Assembly (NCBI GenBank): GCA_035193785.1 | Contig: CP136572.1 | Location: 1,748,578 to 1,812,577, forward strand | From: Planktothrix sp. GU0601_MAG3 | GTDB taxonomy: Bacteria; Cyanobacteriota; Cyanobacteriia; Cyanobacteriales; Microcoleaceae | Length of the DNA stretch: 64,000 nt | Direction: 5' to 3' | Shown: positions 1 to 11,669 of the stretch, piece by piece | Position numbering within the stretch: the first letter of the stretch is position 1 | Layout of the letters: each line of letters starts with the position of its first letter | Notes under the pieces: generated by a model | Seen by the model: only the letters and a program-made list of their open reading frames with translations | Database searches by the model: none | What the model was told of the DNA's origin: nothing | Position numbers and translations under genes: made by a program

Positions 1-263
1 AATTTATCGCCTTGAGAAGTTAGAAAAATAAACGGAATTATCTTAGTTTCTGGTGCTTTTCTTAGGGCTTTTAATACCCCATGACCGTCCATTTCGGGCA
101 TGACCACATCACATAAAATTAAATCGGGATTAGATTTTTGAGCAACTTGTAAACCGATTTTGCCATTTTCAGCCGATAGGGTTTCAAATTCTTCAATTTC
201 TAACAGTTCTAAAATGCTCTCCCGAATGAATTCTTCATTTTCAATTACTAAAATTCTGGCCAT
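1..263 (-). CDS. Response regulator receiver-domain protein (5' part; runs off window start)
   Basis: Own translation from ATG at 263: MARILVIENEEFIRESILELLEIEEF...NPDLILCDVVMPEMDGHGVLKALRK, a REC motif. Paralogous to the N-terminus of the next gene. Confidence 0.85.
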   Translation of the reverse strand, partial: MARILVIENEEFIRESILELLEIEEFETLSAENGKIGLQVAQKSNPDLILCDVVMPEMDGHGVLKALRKAPETKIIPFIFLTSQGDK

Positions 264-293
264 TTCGATTTCCTCGATAATTTTAATTCAGGA

Positions 294-2064
294 TTATGAT
301 GGATGAGGTTGAGAAATATTTAACTGACTTCCACTTTTAACTAAGGTTTGAAAATCCTCTAAATTAAGCGGACGACTAAATAGATACCCCTGAATTTCAT
401 CACATTTAAAGCCCTGCAAGATATTTAATTCTTCTTGCGTTTCCACCCCTTCAGCAATCACTTTCAAATTTAAAAGATGAGCCATTGAAATTAGAGATTG
501 TGTGATGGTAGAATTGATTTTATTAGTATGGAGATTTCGCACAAAAGATTGATCTATTTTCAGCACATCAAAGGGGAATTTTTGCAGATAGTTTAGGGAA
601 GAATATCCCGTCCCAAAATCATCAATAGCTATGGTGACTCCCAAGGCTTTTAATCCCTGTAACTGTTGAATGGATAATTCAGGATCTCGAATTAATAAAC
701 TTTCGGTTAATTCTAATTCTAAATAATCCGGTTTCAAAGCGCGTACTGAGTAAAATATCTACTAACTTTTGGCACAAATTAGGTGTTTGGAATTGTCGCC
801 CGGATAAATTTACCGCCACGCGCAAATTTCCTAAACCTTGAGATCTCCAGGCTTGACTATGTTGACAGGCTTGAGATAAAACCCATTCGCCAATGGGTTC
901 AATTAAACCTGTTTCTTCCGCAATCGGAATAAATTTTATTGGGGAAATCATGCCCTTTTGGGGGTGTTTCCAGCGAATTAAGGCTTCCGCACCAATAATA
1001 TTCCCCGTTTTCAAACTTACTTGCGGTTGATAGTAAAGTTCTAATTCTCCTCTTTCTAAAGCATACCGCAAAGCCACTTCTAAATCAATCCTTTCCAACA
1101 GTTGATGTTCTGAAGCGGGAGTATAAAAACTATAATGATTTCCTCCTTGTTGTTTAACTTGATTCATGGCTTGTTTGGCCCCCCGCAGCAGGTGTTGAAT
1201 ATCCTGACCATCTTGGGGATAAAGGGAAATTCCAGCACTAACGGTGATCAAAACTTCTCGATTTGTTAACACAAGGGGCTCGGAGATCTGCTGTTGTAAA
1301 TTTTCAATTACGGTTTTAATCTGTTGTTTATCCAGAATTGGTGGGGGTAAAATTACAAATTGATTGCTATCAATATAGGTAATAATATTACCTGCGGGTA
1401 AATTTTTTCTCAACCGATCTGCCACCGTTTTTAAAAGGGAGTTTCCCCCTTCATAACCTAAAATATCGTTAATTCTACCAAACCGATCTATCCCTAAATA
1501 GATAATTGGGATCATCCCATTTTGTTGCCAATTTTGATCGGCAAGAGACAGCAATGAAAACTCATTTAACCTTTGTTGAAAATATTCTAACAGGGATAAA
1601 CGGTTAGGCAAGTTAGTGGTGCTATCTTGATAAATTAATTGATTGAGTTTGGATTCAGCTAATTTTAATTTGTGACTATAATTAGCTTTTAAAGTGGCGT
1701 TTTTACCCAAACGAATCATAATGGTTTTGAGTAATTCCTTGGGGGTGAAAGGCTTGGTTAAATAATCATCAGCCCCAAGCTGCATTCCTTTTCGTAGGTC
1801 GCTTACACCGGAGTTTGCTGTTAGGAAGATGAAGGGAATAGTTGCCGTGACTGGATTTTTTTGTAAAGCAACGAGAACCCCATAACCGTCGATTTCCGGC
1901 ATCATCACATCACACAAAATTAAATCTGGTTGGTGCTGAATTGCCAATTGTAAGCCAATTTTGCCATTTTTAGCATTAAAAACTCCAAAGTTTTCTGTTT
2001 CTAGCAGTTCGATAATGTTATCTCGAATTAGGTCTTCATCCTCGATAACTAGAATTTTAGCCAT
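294..2064 (-). CDS. REC-GGDEF(degenerate)-EAL response regulator / c-di-GMP phosphodiesterase; one +1 frameshift at 731-735
   Basis: REC (DLILCDVMMP), GGDEF fold with IDSNQF at the signature, EAL (GAEALIRW, DDFGTGYSSL, IAEGVE). Deleting one base at GTTTC 731-735 joins ORFs 679..2064 and 294..737 into 589 aa. Confidence 0.9.
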
Positions 2065-2086
2065 GGTTGTTTCTCTAAAATAAATT

Positions 2087-2226
2087 TATAGCAATCCTAA
2101 ATAGGTTGTAACATTTCAATACTAATATGAAACAGTCAGAAGTATTGCCCCTATTCCCCGTTCCCCGTTCCCATATCCGGTGTTCCCTTCAGGAATTTTG
2201 AACACAACTCAAATGGGATTGCTATA
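2087..2226. mobile_element. MITE-like element with TATAGCAATCC...GGATTGCTATA terminal inverted repeats
   Basis: TATAGCAATCCTAAATAGGTTGT at 2087 and ACAACTCAAATGGGATTGCTATA ending at 2226 are imperfect inverted repeats. No ORF; internal TTCCCCG-type short repeats. Confidence 0.6.
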
Positions 2227-2230
2227 TAGT

Positions 2231-2521
2231 CCCGCACGCCGCTAGGAGAGTCCTGAAGGACTCACTACGACGGGATTGCTATATAAATTGTAGTGAGTCC
2301 TGCCCGCCCCTAGGAGAGTCCTGAAGGACTCACTACGACGGGATTGCTATATACCCGCACGCCCCTAGGAGAGTCCTGAAGAACTCACTACGACGGGATT
2401 GCTATATATATAAATTGTAGTGAGTCCTGCACGCCCCTAGGAGAGTCCTGAAGGACTCACTACGACGGGATTGCTATATACCCGCACGCCCCTAGGAGAG
2501 TCCTGAAGGACTCACTACGAC
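2231..2521. repeat. Tandem array of five REP-like units (GTAG + GAGTCC-TTCA-GGACTC hairpin)
   Basis: Five copies of GCACGCCCCTAGGAGAGTCCTGAAGGACTCACTACGAC(GGGATTGCTATATA); two are preceded by an inverted TGTAGTGAGTCCT half-site. Confidence 0.85.
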
Positions 2522-2536
2522 TGACTGGACAATGGA

Positions 2537-3929
2537 TTAGTGGCGGGCTAAACCTTCTTGACGGGCGGTATGGGTAACGGCACTGGCGACCGCCGTGGCA
2601 ACCCGTTTATCAAATACCGAAGGCACAATATATTCCCGATCTAAATCCGTGGGAGAGACTAAAGAAGCGATCGCATTTGCTGCTTCTAAATACATCGAAA
2701 TAGTTAAACTTCTAGCCCCACAATCTAACGCCCCTCGGAACAGACCAGGAAAGGCTAAAACATTATTAATTTGATTGGGATAATCACTCCGTCCGGTTGC
2801 CACAACTGCAACATCATTGATAATCAATTCCGGTTGAATTTCAGGAATCGGATTAGCCATAGCAAAAACAATCGGATCTTTAGCCATGGATCGCACCATT
2901 TCCGGTGTCACCACCCCAGGGGCACTAACTCCCATAAATACATCGGCATCTTTCATCGCATCGGCTAAAGTTCCCGATAAATCAACAGCAAATTCCCGTT
3001 TTTGTTCGTTAATATCGGCGCGATTATGACTAATAATTCCCTTAGAATCACAGAGGGTAATATTCCGCACACCAGCTTTTTTGAATAAACGCGCCATGGC
3101 TACCCCCGCAGCACCCGCCCCGTTTAAAACCAGGTGGATATCTTCCCGGGATTTTTTCACTAATTTCAGGGAATTAATTAAGGCGGCTAAACTAACAATT
3201 GCCGTGCCATGTTGATCATCATGGAAGATCGGAATATCTAAACATTCTCGCAGTTTAGCTTCAATTTCAAAACAGCGCGGGGCGGCAATATCTTCTAAAT
3301 TTATTCCTCCAAAAACTGGGGCAAGATATTTAACCGTTTCGATGATTTTGTCTGTATCTTGGGTATCCAAACAAATCGGAAAAGCATCAATATCTCCAAA
3401 TTCTTTAAATAGCATAGCCTTCCCTTCCATCACGGGTAAAGCTGCACCAGCCCCCAAATTTCCCAAACCTAAAACTGCACTACCATCGGTAATAATAGCG
3501 ACGGTATTTTGTTTAATGGTCAGCTTATAAATTTGTTCTGGATCTTCAGCGATCGCTTTACAAATTCGACCTACCCCGGGGGTATAGGCCATGGCTAAAT
3601 CCGATTGAGATTTCAGGGGAATTTTACTTTGAATACTAATTTTTCCGGCGCGATGGAGATTAAATGTTCGGTCATAAACCGCTAATACTTTTAACTCAGT
3701 TAAACCTTTTACCGCTTGGACAATTTGTTCTGCGTGTTTCCTCGCTGGAGGCGTCCACACTGATTTCCCGAATTGTTTTGTGCAGAGTTTGTTCAATTAG
3801 GTCAATTTGGCCTAAATTTCCCCCGACGGTGGCGATCGCTTGAAAAACACTAGCCAACATTCCAGCGCGGTTGGGCAGTTCCAGACGAATTGTAACGCTA
3901 TAACTAGGATTCGGTGTTAAGTTAACCAT
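2537..3929 (-). CDS. Malic enzyme with N-terminal ACT domain; +1 frameshift at 3736-3740
   Basis: YTPGVG, TDGSAVLGLGN, FHDDQHGTA, NGAGAAG and ATGRSDYPNQINNVL motifs. The ACT N-terminus is in ORF 3696..3929. Repaired length 463 aa. Confidence 0.95.
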
Positions 3930-4033
3930 ATTCAGTATTAATTAGTTGTCCATTGGGTATGATATCAGGCGGATCAATATCAGTCTGTAGTTGAAGCATG
4001 ACATATAGCAATAGTTAAGGGGTAGGGGGGAAT

Positions 4034-4075
4034 TAAGAATTACGAATTACGAATTATGAATTACGAATTACGAAG
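4034..4075. repeat. Heptamer tandem repeat (GAATTAC)n, STRR-type
   Basis: gaattacgaattacgaattatgaattacgaattacgaa. Confidence 0.8.
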
Positions 4076-4419
4076 GGGTAATGGGTAAGGGGTAATGCTG
4101 CTGCTATATATCGAATTTATTTAATACGGCTGCTGAAATTGCAGGTAATAGCTGAGGTTGGCTAAGGTGATATAGTGATCAACATATTTCGGAGTGGGTG
4201 TTTTTTCAAGCTCTCGCTTTACTTGCTTTTTACGCTGATTTTTTGAGGATTCCATAGTGATTATCTCGGGTTAGGGTGGGTTTTTTATCTTGATTATCTA
4301 ATAATATCTGAGTTATTCACCCTTTATAGCCTCAGATAATTTATTTTTGGGGTGATCCGCACCAAAATCGGACAAAATAAGTAAAATTGCTAACTCCACT
4401 CATAAGATTAATCAGGACA

Positions 4420-5160
4420 ATGGTTTTATCGGATTTTCAGTTATATTCCCAGGTGGTTCATATTTGGCAAACCAGTCTAACACGATCGCCCCAACACCTA
4501 GAATTATATCAAAAAATTCTGGCTGATGATGAACTAAAACGGGCGAGACGGTTTAAGTTTGAACGGGATCAACGGGCATTTATGATTGCTAGGGGAACAT
4601 TAAGAATGATTCTCAGCCACTATTTAAACCTTTCTGCAAAACAGATTAAATTTAAGTATAGTTCTAAGGGAAAACCGAGTTTAGATCAAGCTCCCTTACC
4701 CCTAAAGTTTAATCTATCTCATGCCCATGAAAAAGCAATTTATGCGATCGCCCTAGAAGAAAATATCGGCATAGATATAGAATATATTCGGGAAATTGAA
4801 GTTCTATCTTTAGCAAAACGCTTTTTCTGTGACTCTGAATATCAGTGGTTAAATTCCCTTAATTCAGAAAAACAATATTTGGCATTCTTTCAACTCTGGA
4901 CTTGCAAAGAAGCCTATTTAAAAGCCACGGGAGAAGGTTTAGTTGGGTTAGAGGAGGTTGAAATCGCAACCCCTCTGAATTCACACCTAAAAATTTTGAA
5001 AATTTCCCAGGATTCGGAATTAGCTAAAAATTGGACTTTGCAAAGGATTGAAACCGCAGAAAACTATCTAGCAACCTTGGCTATTAAGGGAATAAATTAT
5101 CAGTTTAAATATAGGCAATGGACTGAAGGAGAAGAAGTCGAGTTAATGTCTCAGATGTGA
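4420..5160 (+). CDS. Sfp/HetI-type 4'-phosphopantetheinyl transferase
   Basis: KGKP, FNLSHA, IGIDIE and FFQLWTCKEAYLKATGEG motifs. ATG at 4420 follows AGGA. Confidence 0.92.
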   Translation: MVLSDFQLYSQVVHIWQTSLTRSPQHLELYQKILADDELKRARRFKFERDQRAFMIARGTLRMILSHYLNLSAKQIKFKYSSKGKPSLDQAPLPLKFNLSHAHEKAIYAIALEENIGIDIEYIREIEVLSLAKRFFCDSEYQWLNSLNSEKQYLAFFQLWTCKEAYLKATGEGLVGLEEVEIATPLNSHLKILKISQDSELAKNWTLQRIETAENYLATLAIKGINYQFKYRQWTEGEEVELMSQM

Positions 5161-5522
5161 AAGTTCAGGCTAATCAAAATAGTCGTTATTTCTATCCAGA
5201 TTTAGTCATAACTTGTGATCCTGAAGACTTAAAATCCCGTCAGTTTATTCAAAACCCTAAAGTTATTGTTGAGGTTCTTTCCCCCAGTACAGCTAGTTAT
5301 TATTGCACGAAAAAACTCAAATATTATCGCCAGATTTCCAGTTTACAAGAGTATGTGTTAATTGATTCAGAATCGATGAGTGTTGAGATTTATCATCGAG
5401 GGGAAGGGAAAATGTGGTATTATTATGAATACACAAATGGAGATGCGATCGCATTACAAAGCATAGAATTTCAATGTCCGATTGAGCTTTTATATGAAGG
5501 AATTAGCTTTGATCAAGAGTAG
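5135..5522 (+). pseudogene. Uma2-family (DUF820) endonuclease remnant lacking its N-terminus
   Basis: RVNVSDVKVQ...YFYPDLVITCD...IVEVLSPST...LQEYVLID. Begins inside the PPTase 3' end with no own start, and the usual DR motif after SPST is degenerate. Confidence 0.7.
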
Positions 5523-8261
5523 AATTTTTGTGTTGTTGAATAGGAATTTCAATGGTAAATTCCGATCCGACCTTAACTTGAGAAGAACATTTTAACTGAC
5601 CTAGATGTCTTTCTACCACAATTTGATAGCTGACGGCTAATCCTAAGCCAGTTCCCTTACCTACAGGTTTTGTAGTAAAAAACGGATCAAATAATTTATT
5701 TTTAACGGTTTCCGTAATTCCCATACCGTTATCAGCAATAATGACTAAAACCCGATTATTCTCTACAATTTCTGTAGTAATCTTAATAGTGGGTTGCCAA
5801 CAATTCAAGGAATTAAAACCGATATCATTTTCAGCATATAATTCTACATCATTAGAATTCAAATTAGAAATAATTTGTTTGTTTTGTTCTACAATTCGCT
5901 CCTGGATGGTATCAATGGCATTGGTGAGTAAATTCATAAAGACTTGATTAATCTGACCTGCATAACAATGCACCAAGGGCAATTCCCCATAGTTTTTAAT
6001 CACCTGAATTTTTTGTCCTTCTCCAGTTTCTGATAGGCGATTTTGTAGGATCAATAATGTATTTTCTAACCCCTCATGTAAATTGACTTTTTTTACGTCA
6101 GCTTCATCCAAACGAGAAAAATTTCTCAGGGATAAAACAATTTGTTGAATGCGACTCGCCCCGACTTTCATAGAAACCTAATAGTTTGGGAAAATCTCGT
6201 TGCAAAAATTCTAAATCTACGGTTTCAATTACGGCTTGAATATCAGAAACAGGTTCGGGATAATACTCTTTATATAGTCCAACTAAATTCAATAAATCCT
6301 CCAGATATTGGGCTGCATAATCAACATTTCCATAAATAAAATTAATTGGATTATTAATTTCATGGGCGACTCCCGCCACCAACTGACCTAAAGAAGACAT
6401 CTTTTCCGTTTGAATTAAATGGGCTTGGGTCTGTTGTAATTTATTTAAAGTCGCTTCTAATTCCAGGGTTTGAGATCTAGCTAAAACCGCGGCTTCCCGG
6501 GTTTGATTATAGAGTTGGGCTTGATTAATGGCGATCGCCACTTGCGCCGTCACCGACTGTAATAATTCTACTTCAGAATCATTCCAGCAACGGGTTTCCT
6601 GATGATTTCCACAGACTAAAACCCCGATTTCTCCCATTTGAGTTTGGATGGGGAGAGACAGCACAGAAACGAATCCGAACTGAAGTAAACATGATTTTTC
6701 TTGAGAATCAGGAAGATTCCCAACATGATCAACTCGTCCCACGTTTAAATCCAAATACTGCTCCGACCAAACGCCTACATCTTCTAAATAATATTGACCA
6801 ACAATATCTGGAAAAGCTGGATCTTTAGCTTCAGTAGCAATTTCCCAATAGGCTCGACTTGAATAAGGTTGAGATGGATTTTTACTATCTAAGTTAAATT
6901 TGATTTCCCCTCGGTGATACCAACAGAAATAGCATCGGTCAACCTTCATTAACTCCCAAACCTGCAACACCGTTGTTTCTAAAATTGTTTTTAAATCCAA
7001 GGAATTGCGAATTTGATTGGCTAAATGATTAATTAGTTTTTCCTGTTGAGCCAGTTGTCGAAATCGAGTTTCCGATTCTGCTAATAATTCTTCCGCTAAT
7101 TTTCGTTCCGTAATATCCTCATAAGTTTCCTAATATTCCCACCACATTCCCCTCGGGATCTTGCAGGGGAATCTTATTAGTTTCTATCCAGCATTGTTTC
7201 CCATGAGCATTTAAGAGGGTTTCAATAATCCGATAGCGGGGGGTATTGCTTTCCATCACCTCTCGATCAACTTTTTGGTAATATTCAACTTCTGCTACAC
7301 TCCAAGGTAAATCGTAATCCGTCTTCCCAATTAACTGTTCAGGGGACTTAAATCCCGCATCTAAAGCCACCTGTAAATTACACCCTTGATACACGGAATT
7401 TTGATCTTTCCAGAAAATCCGTTGGGGAATTGTATTCATAATCAATTGCAGCATTTGTTGAGATTTTTGTAGATTTTCCTCTATTATTTTACGATCATTA
7501 ATATTTGTAATTGTGCCAATATAACCCGTCACCTGCCCTAATTCATCTTTCATCGGAGTCGCTTGACCCAATACCCAAACCCCAGTTTGATCGGCGGCTT
7601 GTAAACGATATTCTGAATAAAAGGATTGTTGATTTTCAATCGCAGTTAACCATTCTTGCATTAACCTTTCGCGATCTTCTTGATAAATTCCATAGACCCA
7701 ATTTTTATTCAACGCCTCCGCAGGTTGAGTTCCGGTAATTTTGCAGCCATATTGATTAACAAATAAACAATTTCCCGCCGCATCGGTTTCAAACAAACCC
7801 ACGGGACAAGCATCCATTAAATTTTGATAATGTTGTTGATTTTTATTTAATAAATTATTGACTTTTTCAAGCTCTTTAGGACTTTTTAGCTGTAATAGTT
7901 TGGGAAGTAAAGGAATAATCGATCCGGCGGTAAAAATCGAAATTATTGCCGTAATTGCCTTTAATCCACCGGATAACCAATGCAGAGGATACCATAGGGT
8001 GATAATTGACATCAAATGGGTGAGTCCCCAGGCAAAAACAAAGGTACTAAATAGGATTAAAATATTATATAAGGGTATATCTTGACTCCGACGAATAAAG
8101 TAAAGTAAGGTAAGGGAAACAGAAAAACAAGCGATCGCAGTAATTAAATCAGAAACTAGATGTAGCCCCATTAATTGAGACTGCCAAAGGTAGCAGGAAC
8201 CATGAGGCATCAAGGAAGTCATTGCCACCAGTTGTTGTGAAATTATCCGGGTAAAATTCAT
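5503..8261 (-). CDS. Sensor histidine kinase: ethylene-binding-type TM domain, 2 PAS, GAF, HisKA, HATPase; +1 frameshifts at 7125-7129 and 6173-6177
   Basis: SDLITAIACFS...GLTHL (ETR1-like), two PAS/PAC, GAF, LVAGVAHEINNP, and N/G1/F/G2 boxes. Repaired length 918 aa. Confidence 0.9.
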
Positions 8262-8445
8262 AATAGTTGAGAATTTATTATGGGGAATAAAAGATACAAT
8301 AAAAGATTGAATTTAGGTGCAAAAAAATGGGATTAATGATTAACAATAGCACCAACAGTAATAGGATGATGCGATCGCCCGCAGCAAAAGACCCCATTAA
8401 CCTTTATAATTATACTTCTGATACAAATTCCCGATTTAGGCTTCA

Positions 8446-10084
8446 ATGATTACAGAAATTCAAACGGAAATTCAAACGGAGGTTGAGCGACGTCGCAATT
8501 TTGCGATTATTTCTCACCCCGATGCTGGAAAAACCACCCTGACCGAAAAATTACTCCTCTACGGAGGTGCCATTCACGAAGCTGGTGCTGTTAAAGTACG
8601 GAAGGCTCAACGTCATGCTACCTCAGACTGGATGGCAATGGAGCAACAACGGGGAATTTCGATTACCTCAACGGTATTGCAGTTTGAGTATAACAACTGT
8701 CAGATTAATCTACTAGATACACCCGGACACCAAGATTTCAGTGAAGATACCTACCGCACCTTAGCCGCTGCCGATAATGCGGTAATGTTAGAAGATGCAG
8801 CCAAGGGTTTAGAGCCGCAAACTCGCAAACTTTTTGAAGTCTGCAAACTCCGGGGTCTGCCTATTTTTACTTTTATTAATAAAATGGATCGTCCGGGTCA
8901 AGAACCCTTAGAATTACTTGATGAAATTGAAAAAGAATTAGGGTTAAAAACCTATCCCATAAATTGGCCGATTGGTACGGGCGATCGGTTTAAAGGCGTA
9001 TTTGATCGTCGCAAACAAAAAATTCATTTATTTGAACGCAGTGCCCACGGGAGTCGAGAAGCGTTAGATACGGTTTTTGACTTAGATGATCCCCAGATTC
9101 AGGAATTTTTAGATCCCGATCTTTATGCACAATTAAAAGAAGAATTAGAACTCCTTGAACACGTTGGTTCAGAATTTGATCTGGATTTAGTTTCATGCGG
9201 GAAAAATGACCCCGGTTTTCTTTGGCAGTGCCATGACTAATTTTGGGGTGCAATTATTCTTAGATTCCTTTTTAGACTATGCCTTAAAACCCGGTTCCCA
9301 CCTGAGTACCTTGGGGGATATGGAACCCGAATATCCAGAGTTTACGGGCTTTGTCTTTAAGCTACAAGCGAATATGGATGCCAAACACCGAGATCGGGTG
9401 GCTTTTGTGCGCGTTTGTACGGGAAAATTTGAAAAGGATATGACGGTAAATCATGCCCGAACTGGAAAAGTTATCCGTCTTTCCCGTCCTCAAAAATTAT
9501 TTGCCCAGGAAAGACAATCAATTGAAACGGCCTATCCTGGGGATGTAATTGGATTAAATAATCCGGGGGTTTTTGCCATTGGGGATACAATTTATATGGG
9601 CAAAAAATTAGAATATGAAGGGATTCCCTGTTTTACCCCAGAGTTATTTGCCTATTTAAAAAATCCCAATCCCTCTAAGTTTAAACAGTTCCATAAAGGG
9701 GTTTTAGAATTGCGGGAAGAAGGGGCGGTACAAATTATGTTTTCCGTTGATCAGTCCAAACGTGACCCAATTTTAGCGGCCGTGGGTCAACTGCAATTTG
9801 AGGTGGTGCAGTTTAGATTGCAAAATGAATATGGGGCCGAAACCCTCTTAGAACCTCTCCCCTATACTGTAGCTCGTTGGGTCACCGGAGGTTGGGAGGT
9901 TTTAAATAAAGTCGGACGAATTTTTAATGCCGCCGTGGTGAAAGATAGTTGGGAGCGTCCGGTTTTACTATTTAAAAATGAATGGAATTGTCGTCAAGCG
10001 GAATCCGATCATCCTGAATTAAAACTAACTTCTATTGCTCCGGTGGTTTCGATTCAAGCGATTGAATCTGGGGAGGAAGAATAA
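8446..10084 (+). CDS. prfC: Peptide chain release factor 3; +1 frameshift at 9190-9194
   Basis: [36 protein letters not shown] and [13 protein letters not shown] motifs. Repaired length 545 aa. Confidence 0.97.
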
Positions 10085-10129
10085 GCCTAGAATATTGATC
10101 CTGGATTAATTTTCTGCCTCGGTTTGGAG

Positions 10130-10238
10130 TTAGTAGGTGGTCAAAAATAAACCTATATAAATTAACTTGTTGTTGCGCTTGCTGCGCACCGAATTAGTTA
10201 ACTAAAGCGCAACAACGAGCTTTTTGACCATCTACTAA
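10130..10238. mobile_element. MITE-like 109-bp element with 18-bp terminal inverted repeats and an internal hairpin
   Basis: TTAGTAGGTGGTCAAAAA / TTTTTGACCATCTACTAA (1 mismatch); internal GTTGTTGCGCTT...AAGCGCAACAAC. Confidence 0.6.
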
Positions 10239-10289
10239 GGGAGGGCAGTATTCAACACAAAACGAGGATGAAGTTAAATTTTTGATTGA

Positions 10290-11040
10290 TTAAGAATTGG
10301 GATCAGATGGGGATTCACCAAATAAATTGTTATAGGTGAGGGCGGCGGCAATTCCCCCCAAAATCGGAGCAACCCAGAATAACCATAATTGCTGAATTGC
10401 CCAACCGCCGATAAATAATGCCGGGCCAGTGCTACGGGCCGGATTTACAGATACATTAGTGACTGGAATGCCGATTAGGTGAATTAGGGTTAATCCTAAA
10501 CCAATGGCAATCGGGGCAAACCCTTGAGGTGCGCGGGCATCGGTTGATCCCATAATCACCATCAAGAACATAAATGTCAAGATAAATTCATGCAGCAGGG
10601 CAGAAACGAGGTTGTAACCGCCGGGGGAATGGTCGCCATATCCGTTGGTGGCAAAGGGGTTAGAGCCTTCTTTAAAGGCCACGGCATCAAATCCGGCTTT
10701 CCCACTAACGATTAAATACAGCACTAAGGATGCTACAATTGCTCCGGCAACTTGAGAACCAATATAAAAGGCTAAATCTTTGCCTCCAGAGAAGCGTTTA
10801 CCCGCCCATAATCCGAAGGAAACCGCCGGATTCAGATGGCAACCGGAAATATGACCTATGGCATAGGCCATGGTTAAAACGGTTAAACCAAAAGCTAATG
10901 CAACCCCAGTAAATCCAATACCAAGGGGGTTAGTAGTTTCCATCGGGAAATGCCGCAGCAAAAACAGCAGATCCACACCCTCCAAAAACTAGCCAAAATG
11001 TTCCTATGAACTCAGCAAGACATTTCTTAGTCAGTGGCAT
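10290..11040 (-). CDS. aqpZ: Aquaporin Z; +1 frameshift at 10936-10940
   Basis: True start [26 protein letters not shown] at 11040; two NPA boxes ([17 protein letters not shown]). Repaired length 249 aa. Confidence 0.93.
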
Positions 11041-11327
11041 TATTAAACCTCTTGAGAATGCACTTGAATTAAACTATCAGTTTTAATCCTGATAAGTTTC
11101 TGTTGCAACATAGCATAAAATAAATAAATTTTAGTGTTGTATGTAGCAAATGCAGAAAAAATTAATAAAATCCTAATTAATTATTAAGAATTAACAAAAG
11201 AAATGATACTTTTTATCAATATCATTTATAATCGAATATTTTTTAATTAAAATTCATCAAAAATCAGGGGGTGCAGAAATATTCATGTCAACTTCAGCTA
11301 AAAATCACTGATTATAGCTGAGATTTT

Positions 11328-11393
11328 ATCCCCCTAAATCCCCTGGACTTTTAAATCTAATTCCCCCTTTTTTAAGGGGGTTAGGGGGGATCT
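11328..11393. repeat. Cyanobacterial CCCCCTAAATCCCCC...GGGGGTTAGGGGGGATC inverted-repeat element
   Basis: Same family as 42617-42731; the ends are complementary. Confidence 0.7.
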
Positions 11394-11533
11394 AGTCTAG
11401 GATAAAAACCAGGATTTGAGGTTTAAGTTAACATCAATGGTGCGTGGGCGTTGATGGCCACAACCTACGGGTCATAGCGCTACCAATTAGGGTTAGGACA
11501 ATACTAAACCTTGTAACCTGTTCATAACCTACT

Positions 11534-11640
11534 GATCCGGTGTTCTCGTTCAACCGTTCGACTGGCTCACGGCTCACAACGCAGCCAGATCCGGTGTTCC
11601 CTGTTCCCTGTTCCCTGTTCCCTGTTCCCTGTTCCCTGTC
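11534..11640. repeat. Nested small dispersed repeat flanked by GATCCGGTGTTC direct repeats, followed by (TGTTCCC)n heptamers
   Basis: CGTTCGACTGGCTCACGGCTCAC is identical to the nested repeat at the tnpB 3' end; about 6 TGTTCCC units follow. Confidence 0.75.
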
Positions 11641-11669
11641 CCCTAGCGCGTAGCGCTATAATAATTGAA

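Noticed and set aside
2231..2521. Possible CRISPR array
   Set aside because: Sequences between units are not unique spacers (only two alternating linkers), and no cas genes are present.
9185..9245. Programmed frameshift in a release factor gene
   Set aside because: Programmed shifting is known for prfB (RF2), not prfC, and this break has the same GTTTC signature as all the others.
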